From: Lentimicrobiaceae bacterium
Lineage (GTDB): Bacteria > Bacteroidota > Bacteroidia > Bacteroidales > F082
Direction of reading: 5' to 3'
Assembly: GCA_018661505.1 (NCBI GenBank)
Contig: JABJIE010000015.1
Span: 8,424-72,423 of the forward strand
Length of the DNA: 64,000 nt
The position numbers were made by a program, and so were the translations under genes. Under the pieces are notes generated by a model. That model did not search any database, had not been told where the DNA came from, and was given only the letters and a program-made list of their open reading frames with translations. Positions 1 to 8,504 of this stretch are shown here, one piece after another; positions within the stretch are counted from its first letter, which is position 1, and each line of letters opens with the position of its first letter.

Positions 1-359
1 AATGTCTTTTCATTTTCGGCAGTATAAATATGATTGAGGAAATGAGGATAACTGTAAATATTATTCTTTGCTCCAAGATCACGAATTTTACCAGCATACT
101 TCCACATAATAAGGAACCCAATTACATATGCAATTCCAATTGCAACAGCAGCGAAGCCAGATTCATATCCCAAAGCCATTAGCCCAATGGATGTGCCTCC
201 ACCAACAAATGTTGCAAGAACTGTAAATACAAGAGGCAGTGTTCTTGTGTTACGATTATTAACAAGATACTGATCTAGATCAGAAGTTTTTATATGACGC
301 AGTGAAAGGATAACTATGAGCGCTAGAAACAATACAATCCAAAAAATTAGCCAGCCCAT
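1..359 (-). CDS. Sodium:solute symporter-family permease, N-terminal part. The gene continues past the left edge of the window.
   Basis: Not in the ORF track because there is no stop inside the window. The reverse complement from the ATG (cat at 357-359) reads MGWLIFWIVLFLALIVILSLRHIKTSDLDQYLVNNRNTRTLPLVFTVLATFVGGGTSIGLMALGYESGFAAVAIGIAYVIGF.... This gives TM1, then a 'yl-vnnR' segment, then 'ATfvGGGTS', as in SSF transporters. Confidence 0.55.
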   Translation of the reverse strand, partial: MGWLIFWIVLFLALIVILSLRHIKTSDLDQYLVNNRNTRTLPLVFTVLATFVGGGTSIGLMALGYESGFAAVAIGIAYVIGFLIMWKYAGKIRDLGAKNNIYSYPHFLNHIYTAENEKT

Positions 360-396
360 AATAAATAGGTATTAATTAGTGCGGAGTTTTTTGCCA

Positions 397-1953
397 TTAC
401 CCATCAAATCTGATTTTAACATACTCATTAATATCTGTAAGAGATGAAAGTTGCTGTGATGCATTTCCAGATCTTACATAAAATTTTTCAATTTCATTAC
501 CTTGTTTATTTCTTGTTTTTAGAAATATTGGATTTTTAGATGCTTTTATCTGAATTATACATATGATCTTATCATTTATTTTGGGGAAGCTTATTTTCAA
601 ATTATCGTTTGAAAAAGCTATCCCATATTGGTTAACAATTAATTTTCTTAGGTGTAGTTCAAAATAATCAGCATCATTTTTTTTAAGACTATTAAAGTCA
701 TTGTCAAGTCCAATTATTTCCAATTCATCATTAACACCAATAAATAAGTTTCCCCCTTTTGCATTTGCGAAAGCACATATACTTTTCATAATTACCTCTT
801 CCAGAATTTTGTTAGACTTACTCTCTCTATAATCCCATCTTAGAGAAGATTTAAATTCGACATATTCAGTTTCGCCTCCTTTAATCATTGTTTTAACATC
901 TGCAATGTCAAGATTCATTGGAAATAATTTATCACCTTTCAATCTTGGTTTTCTCAAAAAGAAAAAAAGTGCAACTAGAGACATAATTGCAAATGTGATG
1001 GATAAATATAGGTATATACGCTCTTTATTGCGTTCTGTAATGGCGAGGTCATGGGCAGATATTGTAACAGAAAAACCTTTAATTCCAATCATTGAGGGTA
1101 CATTTACTATTCTTGTCCAGTATATGCTATTATTTTTTTCGAAGGAATATGAGTGTGGTAGAAGTTCTTCACTACTACTCCATTTGTTTATTAGTTTTTT
1201 TACGTTTAAATCAATATCCATATGGAATTTAATGTTTGAGCTATCATTGTTAACTAGCGGTGTGATGATATTATTGTCGGTAGTTATTATTGAAATAAGA
1301 GGATTTTCGAACCTCATAACATCAGCAAATTTATTTTTAAGTTCAGGAGTGTAATAAATCAAGCCAGCTATAATTTCCTCTCCCGTTATCTTTTTTGACT
1401 TAAATATAATACTAATGGTATTCTTGGATTCAGGTATGGTATGATCTGACGCCACCCATACATAATTGGAATTATCTAAAGCACTTTTGATTGAATCAAT
1501 ATTGTTATTACTAGGAAATGCGGTATAGATGTCTGTCCATTCACTTTTTACTTCAAGTTTGTTGTTTAATCTTTGCCAGTTGGATGTACTATCAGATAGG
1601 TTTCCATCGTAGGAAACAGCCCACGATGAGTTATCTTTAAAAATCAAATAGCTAAATGAATCATTCGATAAAGCAATTCCTGTGAGGAATGATTCGGAAT
1701 TTATAACTTTAGTGATGTGTGGGGTGAGATTTTCTTCGATTAAAAAGGCCTCATCTTTTAGATCTTTATTAAAAGTATTAATGGTTTTATCAATTGTTGA
1801 AAGAAAATCCTGAAAGCTTGACTTAAATGTATCCGTTGTGGTTGTAATTATCTCATCTGCAAAACTATCTTCTTGATTCTTTATAATAAAAATCATAAAA
1901 AGAACAATTGAGATTATTGGCAAAGCAATAATAAATAAGCTTTTTTTGCGCAT
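397..1953 (-). CDS. Two-TM membrane protein with an extracytoplasmic Cache-like sensor region and a cytoplasmic AlbA_2 (Schlafen-type, putative nucleic-acid-binding) domain.
   Basis: 518 aa. TM1 is near residues 5-25 and is followed by about 290 aa of Ser/Asn-rich alpha/beta region. TM2 (IYLYLSITFAIMSLVALFFFL) is followed by basic RKPRLK. The C-terminal part reads GGETEYVEFKSSL...ICAFANAKGGNLFIGVNDELEIIGL...YVRSGNASQQL, which matches the AlbA_2 signature. Confidence 0.7.
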   Translation of the reverse strand: MRKKSLFIIALPIISIVLFMIFIIKNQEDSFADEIITTTTDTFKSSFQDFLSTIDKTINTFNKDLKDEAFLIEENLTPHITKVINSESFLTGIALSNDSFSYLIFKDNSSWAVSYDGNLSDSTSNWQRLNNKLEVKSEWTDIYTAFPSNNNIDSIKSALDNSNYVWVASDHTIPESKNTISIIFKSKKITGEEIIAGLIYYTPELKNKFADVMRFENPLISIITTDNNIITPLVNNDSSNIKFHMDIDLNVKKLINKWSSSEELLPHSYSFEKNNSIYWTRIVNVPSMIGIKGFSVTISAHDLAITERNKERIYLYLSITFAIMSLVALFFFLRKPRLKGDKLFPMNLDIADVKTMIKGGETEYVEFKSSLRWDYRESKSNKILEEVIMKSICAFANAKGGNLFIGVNDELEIIGLDNDFNSLKKNDADYFELHLRKLIVNQYGIAFSNDNLKISFPKINDKIICIIQIKASKNPIFLKTRNKQGNEIEKFYVRSGNASQQLSSLTDINEYVKIRFDG

Positions 1954-2008
1954 AATTTAAGGGTAAACCATTTTTATCAAAAATATGATTTTTATTTACT
2001 TAAGGGAT

Positions 2009-2947
2009 TCAAGTTAGTGAATCTATATTTCGTTTTAATCCTTTATATCGAGTTCGATTCACCGCAGATCCTTTGAATAATTTATTGAACTCAACCTTTT
2101 CAAGAATTTTCCATTTTTCTTTTGTCATAGCCTTTAAGTCGCTACTTGGATTAAAAAGGGGTTCATTATGCTGGGTGGAAAACCGATTCCATGGGCATAC
2201 ATCCTGGCAGATATCACATCCAAACATCCAATTTTTTGCCTTTTGTTTAAATTTCGTATCCAAATCTCCACGGTATTCAATTGTTAGATATGAGATGCAT
2301 TTTTTTGAATCCACATTAAATTCTGTAATTGCTTGTGTAGGACAGGCATCGATACATTTGGTGCAGTTGCCGCAAAAGTCTTTAGTTATCTCTGTATCCG
2401 AATAATTTAACTCAAGCTCTGTTATAATATTACCTATGAAAAAGAATGAACCTCCTTTTTTATTTATTAGCATGGTGTTTTTGCCAACGAATCCTAAACC
2501 GCTTTTTCTTGCCCATGCTCTATCCATTACGGGTGCTGAATCAACAAAAACACGTGTGTTATATTTTCCTGCTTTAGTTTCAATTATTTTAACAAGAGTA
2601 TTTAACTTTTCTTTCATTACATAATGATAATCTGTACCATATGCATATTTAGATATTTTAAAATTGTCTTTTTCAGGAAGTTTATCATTAGGAAAATAAT
2701 TATACAAAACAGTAATAACTGATTTGGAATTTTCAACAAGCAATTTTGGGTTATATCTTTTATCCTTGTTTCTATCAAGGTAACTCATTTCTCCGTTTCC
2801 CTTCTCTGACAGCCACTTCTCCATCCGTTCTTTGTCACCGGTAAGCTCTTGAGCTTTTGAAATACCACAATCAAAAAAACCTAATTTTTTAGCCTCATCT
2901 ATGATGAATTCGTTTAATTGGTCTTGTATCAATTTTTGTAGAGGCAA
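2009..2947 (-). CDS. queG: tRNA epoxyqueuosine(34) reductase
   Basis: 312 aa. Two 4Fe-4S ferredoxin motifs (CGNCTKCIDACP, CDICQDVCPWN) plus conserved QueG blocks (YARGxDYH-like 'YAYGTDYHYVMK', 'SAPVMDRAWA'). Confidence 0.9.
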   Translation of the reverse strand: MPLQKLIQDQLNEFIIDEAKKLGFFDCGISKAQELTGDKERMEKWLSEKGNGEMSYLDRNKDKRYNPKLLVENSKSVITVLYNYFPNDKLPEKDNFKISKYAYGTDYHYVMKEKLNTLVKIIETKAGKYNTRVFVDSAPVMDRAWARKSGLGFVGKNTMLINKKGGSFFFIGNIITELELNYSDTEITKDFCGNCTKCIDACPTQAITEFNVDSKKCISYLTIEYRGDLDTKFKQKAKNWMFGCDICQDVCPWNRFSTQHNEPLFNPSSDLKAMTKEKWKILEKVEFNKLFKGSAVNRTRYKGLKRNIDSLT

Positions 2948-2991
2948 CTTATTAGATTACTATCGATTACACATTGCAATGCTTGGAAGTT

Positions 2992-4014
2992 CTAGAATAA
3001 TTCTCTTTGATCGCGTTTCTTTATTTTGCCAAGATGTTCATATGCTCTTTGGGTAACTTCTCTTCCGCGAGGTGTTCTCATAATAAAACCTTCCTGGATT
3101 AGGAATGGTTCATACACTTCTTCTATGGTATCTCTCTCTTCACCACAGGCAGTGGCAATTGTGGTTATACCAACGGGTCCTCCTTTGAATTTATCGATTA
3201 TTGTTGTCAAGATTCTATTGTCCATCTCATCAAGGCCATTTTTATCAACATTTAATGCTTTAAGCGCATGTTGGGATATATCGACATCAATATTACCATC
3301 TCCAACAATTTGAGCAAAATCTCGTACTCTTCTTAAGAGTAGGTTGGCGATTCTTGGCGTCCCTCTGCTTCTTCCGGCTATTTCCTTGGCGGCATTCTCT
3401 TTTATACTAACATCAAGTATTGAGGAACTTCTTTTTACTATTGATGATAGAGTGCCTTTATTGTAATACTCCAATCTTGACGTAATTCCAAATCTAGATC
3501 TCAACGGCGCAGTAAGTAAACCCGAACGTGTTGTTGCTCCAATTAGAGTAAAGGGATTAATGGTTATTTGAACGGATCTCGCATTGGGACCTGTTTCGAT
3601 CATAATATCAATTTTGAAGTCTTCCATTGCAGAATAAAGATACTCTTCTACGACTGGGCTTAAACGATGAATCTCATCAATAAAAAGTACATCATTTTCA
3701 CTCAAATTGGTAAGTAAACCTGCAAGGTCTCCTGGCTTGTCAAGTACAGGCCCCGATGTTGTAATTATATTAACACCTAGTTCATTCGAAATTATGTGAG
3801 ATAAAGTTGTTTTTCCAAGCCCTGGAGGACCATGTAAAAGAACATGATCCAAAGCATCGCCCCTTTGTTTAGCAGCCTCCACAAAGATTTTAAGATTTTC
3901 AACAACACTTGGCTGGCCAGTAAAATGATCAAAGTGACCAGGACGAAGTGACTTTTCTATTTCTCTCTCGTCATTGGTTAGGTCTGATCCACTGGCATCA
4001 AGGTTTTCATTCAT
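2992..4014 (-). CDS. ruvB: Holliday junction branch-migration helicase RuvB
   Basis: 340 aa. LRPxxFxxFxGQ, Walker [10 protein letters not shown], Walker B FIDEIHRL, and the RuvB C-terminal winged helix (LDxMDxRIL, EPFLIQxGFIxRTPRGR). Confidence 0.97.
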   Translation of the reverse strand: MNENLDASGSDLTNDEREIEKSLRPGHFDHFTGQPSVVENLKIFVEAAKQRGDALDHVLLHGPPGLGKTTLSHIISNELGVNIITTSGPVLDKPGDLAGLLTNLSENDVLFIDEIHRLSPVVEEYLYSAMEDFKIDIMIETGPNARSVQITINPFTLIGATTRSGLLTAPLRSRFGITSRLEYYNKGTLSSIVKRSSSILDVSIKENAAKEIAGRSRGTPRIANLLLRRVRDFAQIVGDGNIDVDISQHALKALNVDKNGLDEMDNRILTTIIDKFKGGPVGITTIATACGEERDTIEEVYEPFLIQEGFIMRTPRGREVTQRAYEHLGKIKKRDQRELF

Positions 4015-4314
4015 CTATCACTATATTTATCACAAAAGTAGGGGAAATTAGCTTAAACACCCAAATATAATTTGTCCATGAATGATATACCATAATTTTT
4101 TGATTTAAAAACCTTGAAAATTGGCATATATTTGTTATATTAGCACCAATGGAGTATAGAACTTGATGACCTTGTGGATTGTATATATAAACATCATAAA
4201 TGGAGTATTGTGCAGCTACTGCAAATAATTTTTTGAGATAATATGTACTACAATTTATTAATAAATAAACCACATAAATATTTAGTGTACGATAGATAAA
4301 TCAGTATAAAATTA

Positions 4315-4725
4315 ATGAGAAGTATATTTTTAGCCATAGCAGCAATATTACTTACAGTTACCGTAGCGTTAGCACAGAGCCCATCAAATGGACATTCTAT
4401 TGTTATAAGTGATGGTCGTGTTGATTCCTTACTTCAGCTACATATTAACCACAATGAATCCTTTCCTACTTTTCCAGGTTATCGAGTACAAATTTTAATG
4501 GCATCAGGGAATGATGCTTTGGATGTTATAGATCAAGTAAAAGCTAAGTTTGAAAAAAAATACCCCGATATAAATCTATATTTAACATTTGGTGAGCCTA
4601 ACTACAGATTAAGGGCCGGTGATTTTAGGACCCGATTGGAAGCTGAGAATTTCCTTCAGAAAATACAGAGAAAATATCCCGGAGCATGGGTAACGCAGGA
4701 TAATATAAATTTTCCTGAGATGTAA
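4315..4725 (+). CDS. Secreted SPOR-domain (peptidoglycan-binding) protein
   Basis: 136 aa. N-terminal signal peptide (AILLTVTVALAQ). The C-terminal half reads GYRVQI..., ...YRLRAGDFRTRLEAENFLQKI, typical of a SPOR fold. Confidence 0.7.
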   Translation: MRSIFLAIAAILLTVTVALAQSPSNGHSIVISDGRVDSLLQLHINHNESFPTFPGYRVQILMASGNDALDVIDQVKAKFEKKYPDINLYLTFGEPNYRLRAGDFRTRLEAENFLQKIQRKYPGAWVTQDNINFPEM

Positions 4726-4744
4726 TAACTTAAAAACTATAGCT

Positions 4745-5578
4745 ATGAGTAAAGTAATCCTTGTGGGCGTCGATTTTTCAGACTGTTCAATAAATGCCCT
4801 TGAACATGCAATTACCATTGCCAGGAGAGCTAAAACCGGAATCGCAATGGTTTGGATAAATCATCTTGATTATTCCAAGGAAATTTTTTCAATAGAACCA
4901 AAGAACCTTGAAAATGAAGTATCAAGGCGGTTTGAGGAACTTACTAAAAAATACAAGTTTCAAATAAAAGAAAGTAATATCAAGTATTACATTCGAAAGG
5001 GGAAAGTATATAAGGAGGTTTGTAAGTTAGCCAAAGATCTAGAGGCTTTTATGGTTGTAATAGGAACACATGGTTCTTCTGGATTTGAAGAATTCTGGAT
5101 AGGCAGTAACGCCAATAGAATTGTGTCTGCATGCGATATTCCTGCCATAACAATACGTGGAGGCATAGACATTGGCTCAGACCTTAAAAAAATAGTTCTG
5201 CCTCTTGATAGCACTAGATTAACTCGTCAGAAGATGCCACTAACGGGGTTATTGGCCAAATACTTTTTATCTGAAGTACACATATTGGGCTTGTTCAGTA
5301 CAACCTCTGACGATATAAGATATAGAATACGAAATTATGTTGCACAGGCTGAAGAGTACATGGAGGAAAATAATATTAGATATAAATCATCATTTGTAGA
5401 GGCTGATAACATAACGGAGGAAACCATAAACTATGCTAATAAGATTGAAGCTAATCTCATATGCATAATGACAGAACAAGAAATTAGTGCTGCCAATTTA
5501 TTATTGGGACCTTATGCCTCTCAAATGGTTAATCATTCGCCAATACCTGTATTAAGTATTAAACCAAGCAAATATTAA
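4745..5578 (+). CDS. Tandem universal stress protein (UspA family)
   Basis: 277 aa. Two Usp halves: 'ILVGVDFSDCSINALEHA ... VIGTHGSSGFEEFWIGSNANRIV' and 'IVLPLDS ... LICIMT ... LLGPYASQMVNHSPIPVL'. Confidence 0.85.
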   Translation: MSKVILVGVDFSDCSINALEHAITIARRAKTGIAMVWINHLDYSKEIFSIEPKNLENEVSRRFEELTKKYKFQIKESNIKYYIRKGKVYKEVCKLAKDLEAFMVVIGTHGSSGFEEFWIGSNANRIVSACDIPAITIRGGIDIGSDLKKIVLPLDSTRLTRQKMPLTGLLAKYFLSEVHILGLFSTTSDDIRYRIRNYVAQAEEYMEENNIRYKSSFVEADNITEETINYANKIEANLICIMTEQEISAANLLLGPYASQMVNHSPIPVLSIKPSKY

Positions 5579-5588
5579 ATTGACTCTG

Positions 5589-5626
5589 AAAAAAAAAGGG
5601 CTTTGAATTTTCAAAGCCCTTTTTTG
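5589..5626. terminator. Bidirectional rho-independent terminator between the convergent usp and rng genes
   Basis: A-run, then AAAGGGCTTTGAA / TTCAAAGCCCTTT stem, then T-run (aaaaaaaaagggctttgaattttcaaagcccttttttg). Confidence 0.65.
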
Positions 5627-7177
5627 TTAATGTTTTAATACATTTCCATTCTTATTTCTAAATTGGAATTGCATTATCTGATAATCCTTTTCTGAACAAA
5701 CTTTTATCCATCGTTTGTAATTTTGATACCACCTCATTTGATGAGATAATAACCCTTTTGTTATAAAAGCATAGATATATGGATGAACTGCTAAAGTTAA
5801 TCCTCGTTCATTTTGGTCATTTATAAGGTAGTTAAGATTATTTTCTATTTCATCTATCAGAATCATTCCACTTTTAATTTGGCCTGTTCCCGAACATGTG
5901 GGGCAGGTTTCCAGAACTGGGACAATCATCTCCGGACGAACTCTTTGTCGAGTTATTTGAACCAAACCGAATTTACTTGGAGGAAGAATGGTGTGCTTAG
6001 CATGGTCCTTTGCCATTTCTTCAACCAGTTTTTGATGAAGTGCTCTTCTGTTTTTTGATTCATGAAGATCGATAAAGTCTACTACTATAATTCCACCCAT
6101 GTCTCGCAAGCGTAATTGTCTTGCAACCTCTGTAGCAGCTTCCATATTAACAAGCAATGCATTTTGCTCCTGAGTATTTTCTTTGTTGACTCTATGTCCA
6201 CTATTTATATCAATAACATGAAGCGCTTCCGTATGTTCTATTACCAGATAAACTCCGCTTTTTATGGTTACATTCTTTCCGAATGAACTCCGTAGTTGTT
6301 TTTCAATTCCGTAGTATTCAAAAATTGGTGCTTTACCACGGTATCGTTTAACAATATCCTTTTTATCCGGAGCTATTGTTTCGATATATGTCTTTATTTC
6401 ATCCGCAAGATTAGGGTCATTAATATGAATGGTATTAAATGATTCATTAAGAACATCTCTTAAAATTTGAGAAGTTCTATCCAATTCGCTTAGTACCTTT
6501 TTGGGTGATTTAGTATTATGAAGTTTCTTTATAATACCTTCCCACTTATTAACGAGATCACGAAGGTCAGTGTCAAGCTCAGCAACTTTTCTATTCTCAG
6601 CAACTGTTCTTATTATAATACCGTAATTCTTTGGAAGAATACTGGTAACAAGTCTCTTCAGCCTGTTTCTTTCTTCTTTACTTTTTATCTTCTGCGATAT
6701 TGAAATTTTACTAGAGAAGGGAAGTAGAACAACATACCTACCCGGAAAAGAAATCTCAGTTGAAATTCTTGGACCCTTTGTAGAGATTGGTTCCTTAACA
6801 ATCTGCACTAATATCTGTTGTCCTGAAACAAGCACCTGAGTGATTTTTCCAGACTTGTCAATATCTTTTTCTCGTTTAATTGTTTCGTGCGTGGTTAGCT
6901 CAGCCTTACCAAGCAATCCAAGTTTTACATATTTATTGAAGGTTCTTATTTGAGGACCTAGGTCGAGATAATGTAAAAATGCATCTTTCTCATAACCAAC
7001 ATCCACAAATGCTGCATTGAGTCCAGGCATTATCTTTTTGACCTTTGCCAAAAAAACATCACCAACAGCAAAGTTGTTATTAATTTGTTCTTTATTTAAT
7101 TCAACTAAGCTTTTGTCCTCAAGTAATGCAATGTTAACTTCCGATAAACTTGAATCAATAATTAATTCTCTGTTCAC
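5627..7177 (-). CDS. rng: Ribonuclease G/E family endoribonuclease
   Basis: 516 aa. N-terminal S1 domain (GDVFLAKVKKIMPGLNAAFVDVG) and the RNase E/G catalytic core (ALHVIDINSG, GGIIVVDFIDL, LVQITRQR). Confidence 0.9.
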   Translation of the reverse strand: MNRELIIDSSLSEVNIALLEDKSLVELNKEQINNNFAVGDVFLAKVKKIMPGLNAAFVDVGYEKDAFLHYLDLGPQIRTFNKYVKLGLLGKAELTTHETIKREKDIDKSGKITQVLVSGQQILVQIVKEPISTKGPRISTEISFPGRYVVLLPFSSKISISQKIKSKEERNRLKRLVTSILPKNYGIIIRTVAENRKVAELDTDLRDLVNKWEGIIKKLHNTKSPKKVLSELDRTSQILRDVLNESFNTIHINDPNLADEIKTYIETIAPDKKDIVKRYRGKAPIFEYYGIEKQLRSSFGKNVTIKSGVYLVIEHTEALHVIDINSGHRVNKENTQEQNALLVNMEAATEVARQLRLRDMGGIIVVDFIDLHESKNRRALHQKLVEEMAKDHAKHTILPPSKFGLVQITRQRVRPEMIVPVLETCPTCSGTGQIKSGMILIDEIENNLNYLINDQNERGLTLAVHPYIYAFITKGLLSHQMRWYQNYKRWIKVCSEKDYQIMQFQFRNKNGNVLKH

Positions 7178-7287
7178 ATTGTATATTTTTAATTAAATAT
7201 TAACTAGTTTGAGTAACCAGCTATTTAATAATTTTTGAAAGTTTAGGACAAACAGTGCGAGGGATATCTTGTAGGAGGAGTGAAAGG

Positions 7288-7323
7288 ATAACACAAGGCT
7301 ATTTTAAAATGGCCTTGTGTTAT
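7288..7323 (-). terminator. Stem-loop downstream of the HU/basic-peptide transcription unit
   Basis: ATAACACAAGGC (7288-7299) pairs perfectly with GCCTTGTGTTAT (7312-7323). It lies 17 nt past the stop of the 29-aa ORF. The U-tract on the minus strand is weak. Confidence 0.4.
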
Positions 7324-7339
7324 ATTACTAAAAGAAATA

Positions 7340-7429
7340 TTATTTCTTCTTATGCCTGTTCTTCCTTAAACGCTTTTTACGTTTATGGGTAGCCATCTTG
7401 TGTCTTTTCCTCTTTTTTCCGTTTGGCAT
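7340..7429 (-). CDS. 29-aa ultra-basic peptide, candidate small ribosomal protein of the bS22 / mS38 (AURKAIP1-COX24) type
   Basis: Not in the ORF track. My own translation of the minus strand is ATG..TAA = MPNGKKRKRHKMATHKRKKRLRKNRHKKK. It sits 27 nt downstream of HU on the same strand and is followed by a hairpin. The KRKRxKMxxHKRKKRxR pattern resembles bS22. Confidence 0.5.
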   Translation of the reverse strand: MPNGKKRKRHKMATHKRKKRLRKNRHKKK

Positions 7430-7456
7430 AATTAATTGATATTAAAAGTTTAAAAA

Positions 7457-7735
7457 TTATTTAGCTTTTACTTCGTTCACAAAAGTTTTAGCTGGTTTAA
7501 AAGCAGGAATGTTGTGAGCAGGAATAATGATGGTAGTATTTTTTGAAATATTACGACCAGTTTTTTCAGCTCTTCTTTTAATGATAAAGCTACCGAAGCC
7601 TCTTAAATATACATTTTCGCCATTAACCATTGTATCTTTTACGGTTTCCATGAAAGATTCCACTACTGCTTGCACAGCTACTTTTTCAACGCCAGTTTTG
7701 TTGGCTATTTCAGTTACAATTTCTGCTTTCGTCAT
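7457..7735 (-). CDS. hup: HU-family nucleoid-associated DNA-binding protein
   Basis: 92 aa. MTKAEIV..IA...G......V..........V..G..V.LRGFGSF....RAEKTGRN..........IPA...P.FKP.K is the classic HU/IHF signature. Confidence 0.95.
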   Translation of the reverse strand: MTKAEIVTEIANKTGVEKVAVQAVVESFMETVKDTMVNGENVYLRGFGSFIIKRRAEKTGRNISKNTTIIIPAHNIPAFKPAKTFVNEVKAK

Positions 7736-7948
7736 CTCAATGATATTTTAAATGATTAAAAATTAGTTTCTTAATAGGGCGACAAAAATAAGATAATTTT
7801 ATTATTTGCGATAAAAAAATTTAGTTTTTTTGTTTATAAAATATTCTTTTCTAGTATTTTCACATCATTTGGCAATCAAAACCAATAAATTTATAGATGT
7901 ATATCTATGATTGAAAGTTATGATATGTATTTCTCGTAATAAATTATC

Positions 7949-7956
7949 TATTTTTG
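7949..7956 (+). promoter_or_regulatory. Candidate Bacteroidota sigma-A -7 box (TAnnTTTG) for ssb
   Basis: TATTTTTG lies 33 nt upstream of the ssb ATG. Confidence 0.35.
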
Positions 7957-7988
7957 ATTATTGAATATTTACAGATAAATAATTAAAA

Positions 7989-8426
7989 ATGGCAGGAGTT
8001 AATAAAGTGATTCTAATAGGGCACATTGGAAAAGATCCGGATGTATTTACCTATGAAGACGGCACAAAGCGAATAAGTTTTCCCTTGGCTACCACTGAGA
8101 GCTATCGGGATAAAAATACTAATGAATGGGTTGACCAGACCGAATGGCATAACATTGTAGGATATCGTTATCTTGCTGAAAAGCGCATTGCCAAGGGAGA
8201 TCTAATATATGTTGAGGGTAAAATAAAAACTCGTAAGTATAAGGATAAGGATGGTAATGATAGATATATTACAGAAATCCTTGCGGAAAAAATTAATATG
8301 ATGGCCCATCCAAAAGGATATGATGGAGGTTCTTCAGATACTCATTCTGCAACACCTAAGAATTCTCAGACCACTGCTACTGATTCAGAAAAAAGTACTT
8401 TGCCAGAAGATGATCTTCCTTTCTAA
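7989..8426 (+). CDS. ssb: Single-stranded DNA-binding protein
   Basis: 145 aa. OB fold (MAGVNKVILIGHIGKDPD...TEWHNIV), a disordered tail and the acidic C-terminal tip DDLPF. Confidence 0.95.
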   Translation: MAGVNKVILIGHIGKDPDVFTYEDGTKRISFPLATTESYRDKNTNEWVDQTEWHNIVGYRYLAEKRIAKGDLIYVEGKIKTRKYKDKDGNDRYITEILAEKINMMAHPKGYDGGSSDTHSATPKNSQTTATDSEKSTLPEDDLPF

Positions 8427-8504
8427 ATAACAGCAAGTTAGTGCCTAAGTATGACATTTCTTAGTAATTTTGCAAAATTGGCATTGTTAAATTAAATCTT
8501 AATT

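Noticed and set aside
905-1354. 149-aa plus-strand ORF inside the AlbA_2 sensor gene
   Set aside because: It is entirely antisense to a much longer ORF that has clear domain signatures. Its translation is low-complexity and hydrophobic with no recognisable motif, so it is a typical shadow ORF of AT-rich DNA.
4148-4208. 10-bp direct repeat AATGGAGTAT at 4148 and 4199
   Set aside because: It is short, sits in AT-rich DNA and has no flanking symmetry. It is compatible with chance.
4007-4273. 88-aa minus-strand ORF in the ruvB/SPOR divergent intergenic region
   Set aside because: It overlaps the ruvB start and has an odd composition (Tyr/Ile/Asn-rich) with no motif. The region reads better as divergent promoter DNA and contains a TATATTTG box at 4127-4134.
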